DNA of 64,000 nucleotides from Veleropilina oligotropha (taxonomy: Eukaryota), in the NCBI GenBank assembly GCA_048128005.1, contig JBEUKZ010000078.1, positions 62,001 through 126,000 on the forward strand, in the 5' to 3' direction. The position numbers and the translations under genes were made by a program. The notes under the pieces are model-generated. The model was not told the DNA's origin and ran no database searches. It saw only the letters and a program-made list of their open reading frames with translations. Of this stretch, positions 11,353-20,800 are shown piece after piece. Positions within the stretch are counted from its first letter, which is position 1, and every line of letters begins with the position of its first letter.

Positions 11353-13596
11353 ATGGTCCGGTGCAGTAGCTCCGGGTGTAACCAGAAAATTCACGCATTT
11401 GATAGGCACAAGGAATGTTGTACTCATCGTAGCTGTAGTATACATCATCAATGTGATCTGTGCTTTCTTCTATCAGATAAGCAGTGGGCAACCCTGTCTC
11501 ACCACGGTAAGTCGACCAGGGCGACTGCCACGGTGGGTCCTCCCGTGGAGAAGGGTCATGAAGAGACCGGTAAGTTACCTAACGTTTCTTCTTTGTCTGC
11601 TTCAGGGACGCTGGACGACAGCCGACAGACGTCTGTCGCCGGATCCACCGGCGAAACCTCCGCGACTCTTGGGAGAGTCACCGAAACCTTGCCGGTACCC
11701 CAGATTCAGGTAAAGACCCGAGTGTCGACCGTTCCTCCACAACTGGGCCTAGTAACTGCAGTCAGCCATACCTTGCCGGCTAGCAAGGTATACATGACAG
11801 CGCAGCGAACAGCTGAACAGGGCAGACTATCCCCATCCTTTTCTTCGGCCTCGAAGAATAAGGGGACAGTTAGTCCTTCTGCGGGAAACTCACCGTCTTC
11901 CTACGGTGACAGACCCAATGCAGAGAAAGCCTTTAAAGAGGCCGGGCACCTACTTGTAGGTCTAAGACTCGGACAATCGGCGAAACCTGAATCCTCGGTC
12001 GAGAACGATGCGACTTCCCCTAGGGGTTTTCCGCTCAACCTCGAAGCTCACGAGACATTCAGAGGGCCCGGTCTCTCCCGTGCACCCACCGTGGTCACGC
12101 TAGAGAACGTGGACAGACCGGCTGCGTTCGGGACGGGGTTCTACGGCGGTTTTCCGTCCGTGCCTCGCTCGAACAGAGTGGTAGACCGATCAGAACTGTT
12201 GCCGCAGTCCTATCGGTCGTCCGGCCCACTGACTGCGCCTCCGGGCCAGTCCTTCGGGTTCGACCCCTCGACAAGTGCCCGTGGACCCTGGTCCTCGGTT
12301 CGACCTGTCAATGCAGCCCGTCTACCTAGCGCCACGGTTACCTCGACAGAACTACCGGCTGTTAGTTCGTCGCCCGTCCTGCCTCCGGGTTTCTCTTTTG
12401 AGAACGTCCAGGCATGGATCGCGGCGGGGATCGAGGAACGGTGTAAGGCCTGGCCGACGGCTCCCGAGCCGCACCTGGTACCTACACTTCTGCCCATGGC
12501 GCAGAGCACGGCTCCTGCCTCAGTGATAGACATCGACCCTCGTTCCAACGAGGATCTCTGTTCAAATCACTCCGACCTCCCTGAATCGGTCGGGTCCGAA
12601 GACATTAGTCTTACAGGCATGCAGGAGCCGACCTCCTCCACCCGCCGAAGGCTCGACGCTGTTGCGTCACTTCGCGGGGTGCTTGGCTTGTCGGAACCGA
12701 CTCGGTCGGCTGTAGACGTAGCCAAGCATAGGACGGCAGCACATCGGTTTGTTGCGAGGGAAGCCCCCGAGCTCCCCTCCTTACCTCAGTCCGGGCTGGT
12801 GGATCTTGTTGTAGACTCGATCACCAAGCTCGTTCAGGGGCGCAATCCGGTGGAGTCCTCCCCGCTGAACGAGTTCCCTTCGGGGTTCCGTAGTGGGAGG
12901 TACCTCCGGGCCAGTACTCGAGCGACCCCGTTCGAATGCACTGGCCCGTGCCTGGCGACTGAGCCGGCTCGTGTTGACGCTTCGTTGCGTCGACTGACCG
13001 CCAGTCACACTCCCTCCGTAGCGAAAGTTCCTTGGTCCGCCTTGGAAGCTTTCGAGAGCTCCGCCCGACGGGCTCTGCGGCTATCGTCCGTTCAGGATTT
13101 TTTCCTAGACGGGGCGATAGCCGTATTACAGGAGAATGGACCCGGCGCCACCGAGGCTGCCCTGTCCTTCCTCCAGGAGGTTGCTGCCGCGCAGGAGACC
13201 AGCGCGTTGGAGACGGGACGTGTCCTGGGCAATGCCCTCCTACTACGTAGGGATGCTTGCCTGGAAGGTACCTCGCTGGACGAGCCCACCCGGCGCTCGT
13301 TGCGATGCGTACCTTGCTCGGCCACCACTCTCTTTGGTGACAACTTCACGGAGTTTGTTGACAAGAGAGCGGCGGACATTAAGGACCGTGCCATCGAGAA
13401 GGCAGTACTGCTCCCCACCCGGGGTCCACCTGCCAACTCGAAGAAGCGCTCCGGGCCCACCCCGGCCCCGAAGCCTTCTAAGCGTGCGAAGCCCTCTTCG
13501 GGTGGTAGGCCTCCGGCCAATAAACCCACTCCAAAGAGGCGAGCACCTCCAGCGAAATCCCGCAAGCAGAGCGGGATAGGGAAGCCTCGGCCCTAG
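11353..13596 (+). CDS. DIRS-B ORF1, Gag-like (747 aa)
   Basis: ATG 11353 aligns with the ATG of element C (24147); N-terminal Cys/His cluster, low-complexity middle, LLRRD..LRCVP..TLFG region, basic tail. Confidence 0.88.
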   Translation: MVRCSSSGCNQKIHAFDRHKECCTHRSCSIHHQCDLCFLLSDKQWATLSHHGKSTRATATVGPPVEKGHEETGKLPNVSSLSASGTLDDSRQTSVAGSTGETSATLGRVTETLPVPQIQVKTRVSTVPPQLGLVTAVSHTLPASKVYMTAQRTAEQGRLSPSFSSASKNKGTVSPSAGNSPSSYGDRPNAEKAFKEAGHLLVGLRLGQSAKPESSVENDATSPRGFPLNLEAHETFRGPGLSRAPTVVTLENVDRPAAFGTGFYGGFPSVPRSNRVVDRSELLPQSYRSSGPLTAPPGQSFGFDPSTSARGPWSSVRPVNAARLPSATVTSTELPAVSSSPVLPPGFSFENVQAWIAAGIEERCKAWPTAPEPHLVPTLLPMAQSTAPASVIDIDPRSNEDLCSNHSDLPESVGSEDISLTGMQEPTSSTRRRLDAVASLRGVLGLSEPTRSAVDVAKHRTAAHRFVAREAPELPSLPQSGLVDLVVDSITKLVQGRNPVESSPLNEFPSGFRSGRYLRASTRATPFECTGPCLATEPARVDASLRRLTASHTPSVAKVPWSALEAFESSARRALRLSSVQDFFLDGAIAVLQENGPGATEAALSFLQEVAAAQETSALETGRVLGNALLLRRDACLEGTSLDEPTRRSLRCVPCSATTLFGDNFTEFVDKRAADIKDRAIEKAVLLPTRGPPANSKKRSGPTPAPKPSKRAKPSSGGRPPANKPTPKRRAPPAKSRKQSGIGKPRP

Positions 13597-15670
13597 GGCT
13601 GCCGGCATTCGCGACGGCCCCAGCTGCCCGCTCCCGCCGGTGGGAGCGTGCCTGTTAGCACACAGCCAGCCCTGGCTAGAGCTGACAGACAGCAACTGGG
13701 TCCACTTAGTCGTGAGTGCCGGATACAAGTTGGCATTCAACCGGCATCCGACCTTAACCGAGGCACCACCAACAAGACACGCTCGACTCCTAAACGGAGA
13801 GAAACAAGCGGTCTTAGACCAGGCAGTGCGGGATTTGCTCCTAAAAAGAGCGATATATCCCGCGCCGCCCAGCACACCAGGATTTTACAGCCATTTCTTC
13901 CTGGTCCCGAAACCCGATGGCCGCTGGAGACCGATCCTCGATCTCTCGTACTTAAACCTATATCTTCGTACCGAGAAATTCCAGCAAGAAACCCTCTCGA
14001 AGATTCGAGCGGCCATCCGTCCGGGCGACTGGGCAGCGTCTATCGATCTCGCCGACGCGTATCTGCATGTCCCGATGCATATCACGGCTCATCAGTACCT
14101 TCGGTTTATACACGGGGAGACGATCTACCAATTCAGGTGCCTACCGTTCGGTCTATCGTCAGCCCCGTACGTCTTCACGAGAACAGTACAGGCCCTGGGG
14201 GCCTTCCTACACTCTCTAGGGCACAGGGTACATATGTACCTCGACGACTGGCTGATCCTCGGGGCGTCCCGAGATCTGTGCCTCCGGTCTACGAGCTTTA
14301 CCCTGTCATCGACGAAGCGCCTGGGATTTCAGATCAACGAGACAAAATCCTGCTTCGTGCCCTCGACGACGTTTACGTTCCTCGGAGTCGACTTCGATAC
14401 GGTCCGGTACACCGCGAAGCCGACCCAGAAGCGTATGCGGAACCTACGCGCGGTTATCCAAGACACCCTGTCATCGGACATAACTACGGCGCGACAACTG
14501 GCCACTGTCCTGGGGCACATCGAGTCGGTAGCGCCCCTGCTACCGACGGGTCGCATGGACAAAAGACCGTTACAACAGGCTTTCAGGGATCGCTGGATAC
14601 AACGGACGGGGCAGTGGAAGGATCGCATCGATCTACGGCATTGGTTTACCGACACGACAGCAGTGTGGTTGAACCCCGCTTTGCCGGACCAGTCGGTTCC
14701 TATATCCCCACCAGAGCCGAACGCTTACCTGTTCACAGACGCTTCGAACGACGGCTGGGGTGGTCACCTCGACAGTTACGAGACATCAGGCCTATGGCCG
14801 ACAGACCTTCAGGGACGACATATCAACTTCCTAGAGTTAGAAGCCGTCTTCCTGTCAGTACGGTCCCTCTCGTCACATCTCCGCAACAAGCATATAATGC
14901 TCGCCACGGACAACACGACTGTCGTCGCTTACATACAGCACCAGGGCGGTACACGCTCGCGTCCCCTATGCGACCGAGCAATAGACCTACACCGCTTAGT
15001 GATGTCCCTCAACTCGACGATTCGAGCCCGACACATCCCGGGAAAGCTGAATGTCAGAGCGGATTCGCTCTCTCGGAGATCACAGATTATACACACAGAA
15101 TGGACGCTACACAGCCGAGTAGCTCGGGATGTTTGCCGCCGGTGGTCGCAACCCCAAGTCGACTTGTTTGCAACAGAATTCAATTACCGACTACCTCTGT
15201 ATGTCTCCCCGTACCCAGACCCGGCCGCCCTGGCGGTCGACGCAATGTCAATGACATGGGAGAATCTGTCCGCGTATGCCTTCCCCCCGACGTGCATTCT
15301 ATCACTGGTATTACAGAAGGCAGCGACCGAACGTTGCGAGATAACGCTAATAGCGCCCCTTTATCGCACGCAACCTTGGTTTCCGACCCTCCTCGATCTG
15401 ATCGTCGATCGACCGTTAGCGTTACCGCAGAAACTAGACCTGTTAATGCAACCACGCACCCGTGTACTCCACGAGTCGCCGAACCACTTACGTTTACACG
15501 CCTGGCGGTTATCGAACGATCCCTTGCTAAGAAAGGATTTTCTAAAGCTACAGCCTTACGTATCTATCGATCGAGAAGGATTTCCACTACAAAAGTCTAT
15601 GACTACCGATGGGTTAAGTACGTGGATTGGTGTCACAGCAGGCAGATCAATATACTCCGTCCCCCTGTGA
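13595..15670 (+). CDS. DIRS-B reverse transcriptase / RNase H / Dam-like methyltransferase ORF (start mechanism uncertain)
   Basis: FLVPKPDGRWRPILDL, IDLADAY, LPFGLSSAP, YLDD; RNase H TDAS, LELEAV, DNTT, ADSLSR; MT-like VDLFA..YAFPP..LIAP. Confidence 0.93.
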   Translation, partial: RAAGIRDGPSCPLPPVGACLLAHSQPWLELTDSNWVHLVVSAGYKLAFNRHPTLTEAPPTRHARLLNGEKQAVLDQAVRDLLLKRAIYPAPPSTPGFYSHFFLVPKPDGRWRPILDLSYLNLYLRTEKFQQETLSKIRAAIRPGDWAASIDLADAYLHVPMHITAHQYLRFIHGETIYQFRCLPFGLSSAPYVFTRTVQALGAFLHSLGHRVHMYLDDWLILGASRDLCLRSTSFTLSSTKRLGFQINETKSCFVPSTTFTFLGVDFDTVRYTAKPTQKRMRNLRAVIQDTLSSDITTARQLATVLGHIESVAPLLPTGRMDKRPLQQAFRDRWIQRTGQWKDRIDLRHWFTDTTAVWLNPALPDQSVPISPPEPNAYLFTDASNDGWGGHLDSYETSGLWPTDLQGRHINFLELEAVFLSVRSLSSHLRNKHIMLATDNTTVVAYIQHQGGTRSRPLCDRAIDLHRLVMSLNSTIRARHIPGKLNVRADSLSRRSQIIHTEWTLHSRVARDVCRRWSQPQVDLFATEFNYRLPLYVSPYPDPAALAVDAMSMTWENLSAYAFPPTCILSLVLQKAATERCEITLIAPLYRTQPWFPTLLDLIVDRPLALPQKLDLLMQPRTRVLHESPNHLRLHAWRLSNDPLLRKDFLKLQPYVSIDREGFPLQKSMTTDGLSTWIGVTAGRSIYSVPL

Positions 15671-16581
15671 ACAAGTTTATCGAGTTTTTATCGTCGCTCT
15701 TCGACCGCGGTATGTCAGTGTCCGCCGTCAAAGGCTATCGGGCAACGATCGCGACCACGCTAAAGCAGTGTCGTGCCCATGCTGGCCTATCAAGCGACCG
15801 AACGATATCAGATTTTATACGATCTTATGAACTCGAGATACCGACCCGAAGAATTAAGCCACCTGCCTGGAATATCGTACTTATTCTTAACGCATTACTC
15901 TTACCACCGTATGAGCCGATGTCCGAGATAACCATGAGGAACTTGACGCACAAAACAGTTTTTCTGATCGCCTTAGCGTCGGGCAGGCGTTGTTCCGAGA
16001 TTCATGCTTTCTCCTCCGAGCTAAGAGACATACGATTCCAGTCAGACGGGTCGGTGATACTGCGTCCCATTCTGGGCTTCTTAGCCAAGAACCAGCGGCC
16101 GAACGAGGACGCACCCGATGTTGTTATTCCCAAGCTAACGCTAGTCGGAAGGCGCGACGCAGACCGCTTCAATTGCCCGGTCCGGGCGCTTCGATTCTAC
16201 CTAGACAGAACCCGTGAGTTGCGACAGGGAAAATTACGTTTATTCATTTCGTATTTGCCCACCTACACCCGCGACATTACGAGGACTACTGTTTCGCGGT
16301 GGATTTCACAAACTGTGAGAGATGTTTACATCCGTTGTGATGACGACGACCGAACTATTTTATCGGTCCGCGCACATGAGGTCCGGGCCATTGCAGCGTC
16401 TGTAGCCTTCCGACATAATTTAAATATCAATGCGTTACTACAGGCCGGATATTGGAAAAACGCTAACGTGTTTGTAAAACATTATCTGCGCGACTACTCA
16501 ACCGGGGCTGATGGCCTAAGCAGTTTACACTGTGTTGCTGCACAACGGGTTATTGTTAGACCGAGGTCTTCTAATCAGTAA
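13597..16581 (+). CDS. DIRS-B tyrosine recombinase ORF with long N-terminal region overlapping pol
   Basis: Catalytic set R (SGRRCSEI), HxxR (AHEVR), W (GYW), Y (FVKHY); frame open from the codon after the gag TAG. Confidence 0.92.
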   Translation, partial: GCRHSRRPQLPAPAGGSVPVSTQPALARADRQQLGPLSRECRIQVGIQPASDLNRGTTNKTRSTPKRRETSGLRPGSAGFAPKKSDISRAAQHTRILQPFLPGPETRWPLETDPRSLVLKPISSYREIPARNPLEDSSGHPSGRLGSVYRSRRRVSACPDAYHGSSVPSVYTRGDDLPIQVPTVRSIVSPVRLHENSTGPGGLPTLSRAQGTYVPRRLADPRGVPRSVPPVYELYPVIDEAPGISDQRDKILLRALDDVYVPRSRLRYGPVHREADPEAYAEPTRGYPRHPVIGHNYGATTGHCPGAHRVGSAPATDGSHGQKTVTTGFQGSLDTTDGAVEGSHRSTALVYRHDSSVVEPRFAGPVGSYIPTRAERLPVHRRFERRLGWSPRQLRDIRPMADRPSGTTYQLPRVRSRLPVSTVPLVTSPQQAYNARHGQHDCRRLHTAPGRYTLASPMRPSNRPTPLSDVPQLDDSSPTHPGKAECQSGFALSEITDYTHRMDATQPSSSGCLPPVVATPSRLVCNRIQLPTTSVCLPVPRPGRPGGRRNVNDMGESVRVCLPPDVHSITGITEGSDRTLRDNANSAPLSHATLVSDPPRSDRRSTVSVTAETRPVNATTHPCTPRVAEPLTFTRLAVIERSLAKKGFSKATALRIYRSRRISTTKVYDYRWVKYVDWCHSRQINILRPPVNKFIEFLSSLFDRGMSVSAVKGYRATIATTLKQCRAHAGLSSDRTISDFIRSYELEIPTRRIKPPAWNIVLILNALLLPPYEPMSEITMRNLTHKTVFLIALASGRRCSEIHAFSSELRDIRFQSDGSVILRPILGFLAKNQRPNEDAPDVVIPKLTLVGRRDADRFNCPVRALRFYLDRTRELRQGKLRLFISYLPTYTRDITRTTVSRWISQTVRDVYIRCDDDDRTILSVRAHEVRAIAASVAFRHNLNINALLQAGYWKNANVFVKHYLRDYSTGADGLSSLHCVAAQRVIVRPRSSNQ

Positions 16582-17414
16582 GTATTGTTCTCTGATTGCT
16601 CATTTGCATATTTACTGACGCCATTTTATTTTCGTTGGCCAAACGGTGCTATGTAATTAACACCTATGGGGCAGTTCAATGTCTGTTCATTTCTTAAATC
16701 TAATTTAAGATTTTGTACTTCTCATGTCAGACTGAGTGTTGACATAAGCCAGATCACATTGAATTTAATAAAACAACTTTGATAATTTTGCACAAATCTT
16801 AAAAAGATTAGGGTTCAATATTATTATGTTCTTTGCTGTAATCGAACATACGATGTTCAATACATTTAAAATGTTGATTCCTTAACATTTATTTTTAAGT
16901 AACATGTCGAACATTTTTGCTTCCTTAAAATTTATTTTAAGTGACATGTCGTCCATGTTAGCGTTCGCAAGTTGGTCATACGAACTACTTATTAATATCG
17001 ATTATTATATAATCTATTAATTCTTTGCTTTTGATTTTAAAGCTTTCACAACCTGTTAGGTTCCGTGTGCTTACAAATCCGACTGCATCCTCTGGCTACC
17101 GGCCTATAGGCCCGGAGACCCATTTGGCTGCCACTGGTCCATGACACGTAAGACCTACAGGGATTTATCCTTCCGGCCGTGCCAGGGGCTGATTGCACTT
17201 CCGTTCACCTCGTCCGACTAACACCACGGCGTATTCTCCCGGTAACACTGGTCGAAATTCTCGCCTGGTAAGAGTAGAATATAATACTCAGTAAAAATTC
17301 CACTCTAGGCGGACACACTCGACGCTTCATGCTGATCGAATTGGTGAAAAGTAAGTCATTATCTTGTTTGGGTTTGTTGTAAGGAACGTCTTACCCACCT
17401 ATCCAAGGTTATTC

Positions 17415-17505
17415 TGGCAAGAGTAAGGACGTAAGTATGTTTGTAACTATATATGAGGTTTTAATGTAAACCTAATATTAGTATAAAACATACTTACGTC
17501 CTTAC
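17415..17505 (+). repeat. Internal complementary region (ICR) of DIRS-B
   Basis: Reverse complement of left terminus joined to reverse complement of right terminus (GTAACTATAT|ATGAGGTTTT). Confidence 0.95.
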
Positions 17506-17846
17506 ACGATTACCCACCCTGCGTTCGCATTCCTCCCCTCTACTACGTTCCTTTGTGGTTTTTGAACTTTGAATTGATGTCATGTGACTTCTATTGTTCA
17601 GAAGTCTCACGAGACTTGGCGAAGTCTCGCTAGGGAACGTGGGGGGTAGGAGCAGGGAAGGTGACCGTGTGCTTTTTTGGCTTATAACGGTGCATTATGG
17701 GACATATTCACCATTTCCGGTTTGGGCGATAATATGCTATTATGGCAAGAGTAAGGACGTAAGTATGTTTTATACTAATATTAGGTTTACATTAAAACCT
17801 CATTTCACTACCCCGTATACCCACTACTATCCTCCCGTGTAACCCT

Positions 17847-20800
17847 CTGGTCCGGTGCAGTAGCTCCGGGTGTAACCAGAAAATTCACGGGTTTTGATAC
17901 GCACACGGAATGCCGTATTCACCGTAGTTGTAGTAAAATTAAACTTCAGTGTGATTTGTGCCTTGTTTTTACAGACAAGCAGTGGGCGGTTCTATCCCAA
18001 CCGGGTAAGTCGACCAGGGCGACTGCCACGGTGGGCCCTCCTCGGGAAAAGGGGCAGGAAAAGGGGTTGTTTGCAGACAGTAAGTTAAGGGATAATTCTT
18101 CTTTGTCTACTTCAGGGACGCTGGACGACAGCCGACGTAAAGCACCGTCTGTCGCCGGGTCTACCGGCGATACCTCCGCGACTCTTGGGGGAGTCACCGA
18201 ACCCTTGCCGGGACCCCAGATTCAGGTAAAGGCCCGAGTGCCGACCGTTCCGCCTCAACCGGGCCTAGTAACTGCAGTCAGCCATACCTTGCCGGCTAGC
18301 AAGATATATATGACAGCGCAGCGAACAGCTGTACAGGGCAGACCATCCCCATCCTTTTCTTCGGCCTCGAAGAATAAGGGGACAGTTAGTCCTTCTGCGA
18401 GAAACTCTCCTTCTAGCGAAGGGGACAGGCTCAATGCAGAGAAAGCCTTTAAAGAGGCCGGGCACCTACTTGTAGGTCTAAGACTCGGACAATCGGCGAA
18501 ACCTGAATCCTCGGTCGAGAACGATGCGACTACCCCTAAGGGTTTTCCGCTCAACCTCGAAGCTCACGAGACATTCAGAGGGCCCGGTCTCTCCCGTGCA
18601 CCCACCGTGGTCACGCTAGAGAACGTGGACAGACCGGCTGCGTTCGGGACGGGGTTCTACGGCGGTTTTCCGTCCGTGCCTCGCTCGAACAGAGTGGTAG
18701 ACCGATACGGACTGTTGCCGCAGTCCTACCGGTCGTCCGGCCCACCGAACGCGCCTCCGGGCCGTTCTTTCGGGTTCGACCACTCGACACGTGTCCCGAG
18801 ACCCTGGTTCTCGGCTACACCTGTCCATGCAGCCCGTCTACCTAGCGCCACGGTGACTTCGACCGAACTACCGGCTGTTAGTTCGACGCCCGTCATGCCT
18901 CCGGGTTTCTCTTTAGAGAAAGTCCAGGCTATGTTCGCGGCGGAGTTCGAGTCCCGATGTCGGGCCTGGTAACCGGCTTCCTAGCCGCTCCAGGTACCTA
19001 CACCTCTGCCTGTGGCGCAGAGCACGGCTCCTGCCTCCGTGGTGGGGATCGAACCTCGTTCCAACGAGGACCTCGACTCCACTCACTCCGACCTCCCTGT
19101 ATCGGTCGGACCCGAAGACGCTGGTAGTCTTCCAGGCACGCAGGAGCCGACCTCCACCACCCGCCGAACTCGACGCTGTTGCGTCACTTCGCGGGGTGCT
19201 TGACCTGCCGGAACCGACTCGGTCGTATGTAGGCCCGGTCAAGCACAGGACGGCGGCGCATCGGTTTGTTGTGAAGGAAGCCCCCTTGCTTTCTTCCTTA
19301 CCTCAGTCTGGGCTGATTGATCGGGTGTTGACTCGACAACCAAGCTCAGTCGGGGGCGCAATCCGGTGGAGTCCTCCCCACTGACCGAGTACCCTTCGGG
19401 GTTCCGTAGTGGGAGGTACCTCCGGGCCAGTTCGCGTTCGATCCCGTTCGCATGTACTGGTCCGTGCCTGGCGACTGAGCCGGTTCGTGTTGACGCAGCG
19501 TTGCGTTGACTGACCGCCAGTCACACTCCCTCTGTAGCGAGAGTTCCTGGGTTCGCCTTGGAAGCTTTCGAGAGCTCCGCCCGATGGGCTCTGCGGCCGT
19601 CGTCCGTTCAGGATTTTTCCTAGACGGGACGATAGCCGTATTACAGGAGGATGGACCCGGCGCCCGTGGGCTGCCCTGTCCTTCCTCCAGGAGGTTGCTG
19701 CCGTTATGGAGACCAACGCGTTGGAGACGGGACGTGTCCTGGGTAACGCACTCCTACTTCGTAGGGTCGCATACCTTGAAGGCACATCGCTAGATGACGC
19801 CACCCGGCGCTCGTTGCGATGCGTGCCTTGCTCGGCCACCACTCTATTTGCCGACGATTTCTCGGAATTCGTCGACAGAGAGCGGCGGACCTGACGGACC
19901 GTACCATCGAGTAGGCGGTGCTGCACCCCCCGGGGGTCCACCCGCCGACTCGAGGAAGCGGTCAGGGCCCACCTGGACCCCGAAGCCTTCCAAGCGTGCA
20001 TAGACCTCTTCTGGTGGTAGGCCCCGGCCATTAACCCACTCCGAAGAGGCAAGCACCTCCAACAAGCTCCCGTACGCAGAGCGGGAGAGGGAAGCCTCGG
20101 CCCTAGGGCTGCCGGCACACACGACAGTCCCAGCTACCCGCTTCCGCCGGTGGAAGCGTATCTGTTAGCGTACAGCCAGCCATGGCTAGACTACCAGACA
20201 GTAGCTGGGTCCCTCCGTCGTGAGTGCCGGATACAAGTTGGTTCAACCGGCATCCGACCCTAAACGAGGCACCACCAACAAGACACGCTCGCCTCCTAAT
20301 CGGAGAGAAGCGAGCGGTCTTAGACCAGGCAGTGCGGGACCTACCCGCGCCGCCCAGCACACCAGGATAATACAGCCATTTCTTCCTGGTCCCGAATCCC
20401 GATGGCCGCTAGCGACCGATCTTCGGTCTCTCGTAAACTATGTCTTCGTACCGAGAAATTCCAGCAAGAATCCCTCTCGAAGATACGAGCGGCCATCCAT
20501 CCGGGCGACTGGGCAGTGTCTATCGATCTGACCGACGCGTATCTGCATGTCCCGATGCATATCACGGCTCATCAGTACCTTCGGTTTACACACGGGGAGA
20601 CGATCTACCATTCAGGTGCCTACCGTTCGGTCTATCGTCAGCCCCGTACGTCTTCATGAGAACAGTACAGGCCCTTAGGGCCTTCCTACACTCTCTAGGG
20701 CTCAGGGTACATATATACCTCGACGACTGGCTGATCCTCGGGGCGTCCCGAGATCTGTGCCTCCGGTCTACGAGCTTTACCCTGTCATCGACGAAGCGCC

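Larger units (their letters stand above)
10360..17803 (+). mobile_element. DIRS1-like retrotransposon B (apparently intact, 7,444 bp), nested in the 5' leader of A
   Basis: 206-bp ITRs 10370..10575 and 17565..17770; 3' extension to 17803; ICR 17415..17505; three uninterrupted ORFs. Confidence 0.96.

Noticed and set aside
13601..13647. H-type pseudoknot after the gag stop
   Set aside because: The two stems would need zero-length connecting loops; more plausibly alternative pairings
12210..15455. Antisense and third-frame ORFs of 60-210 aa within the DIRS bodies
   Set aside because: Expected in GC-rich coding DNA; no recognisable domains and boundaries vary between copies
13595..16581. Prokaryotic RT system (retron, DGR, RT plus integrase island)
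   Set aside because: Spliceosomal host genes, ITR/ICR structure and gag-pol-YR layout identify a eukaryotic DIRS1 retrotransposon
17060..17350. Known self-cleaving ribozyme (twister-like CCGACTAACAC..GGCGG, hammerhead, HDV) in the trailer or leader
   Set aside because: Catalytic core motifs could not be completed by eye; kept only as unclassified structure pending an Rfam search
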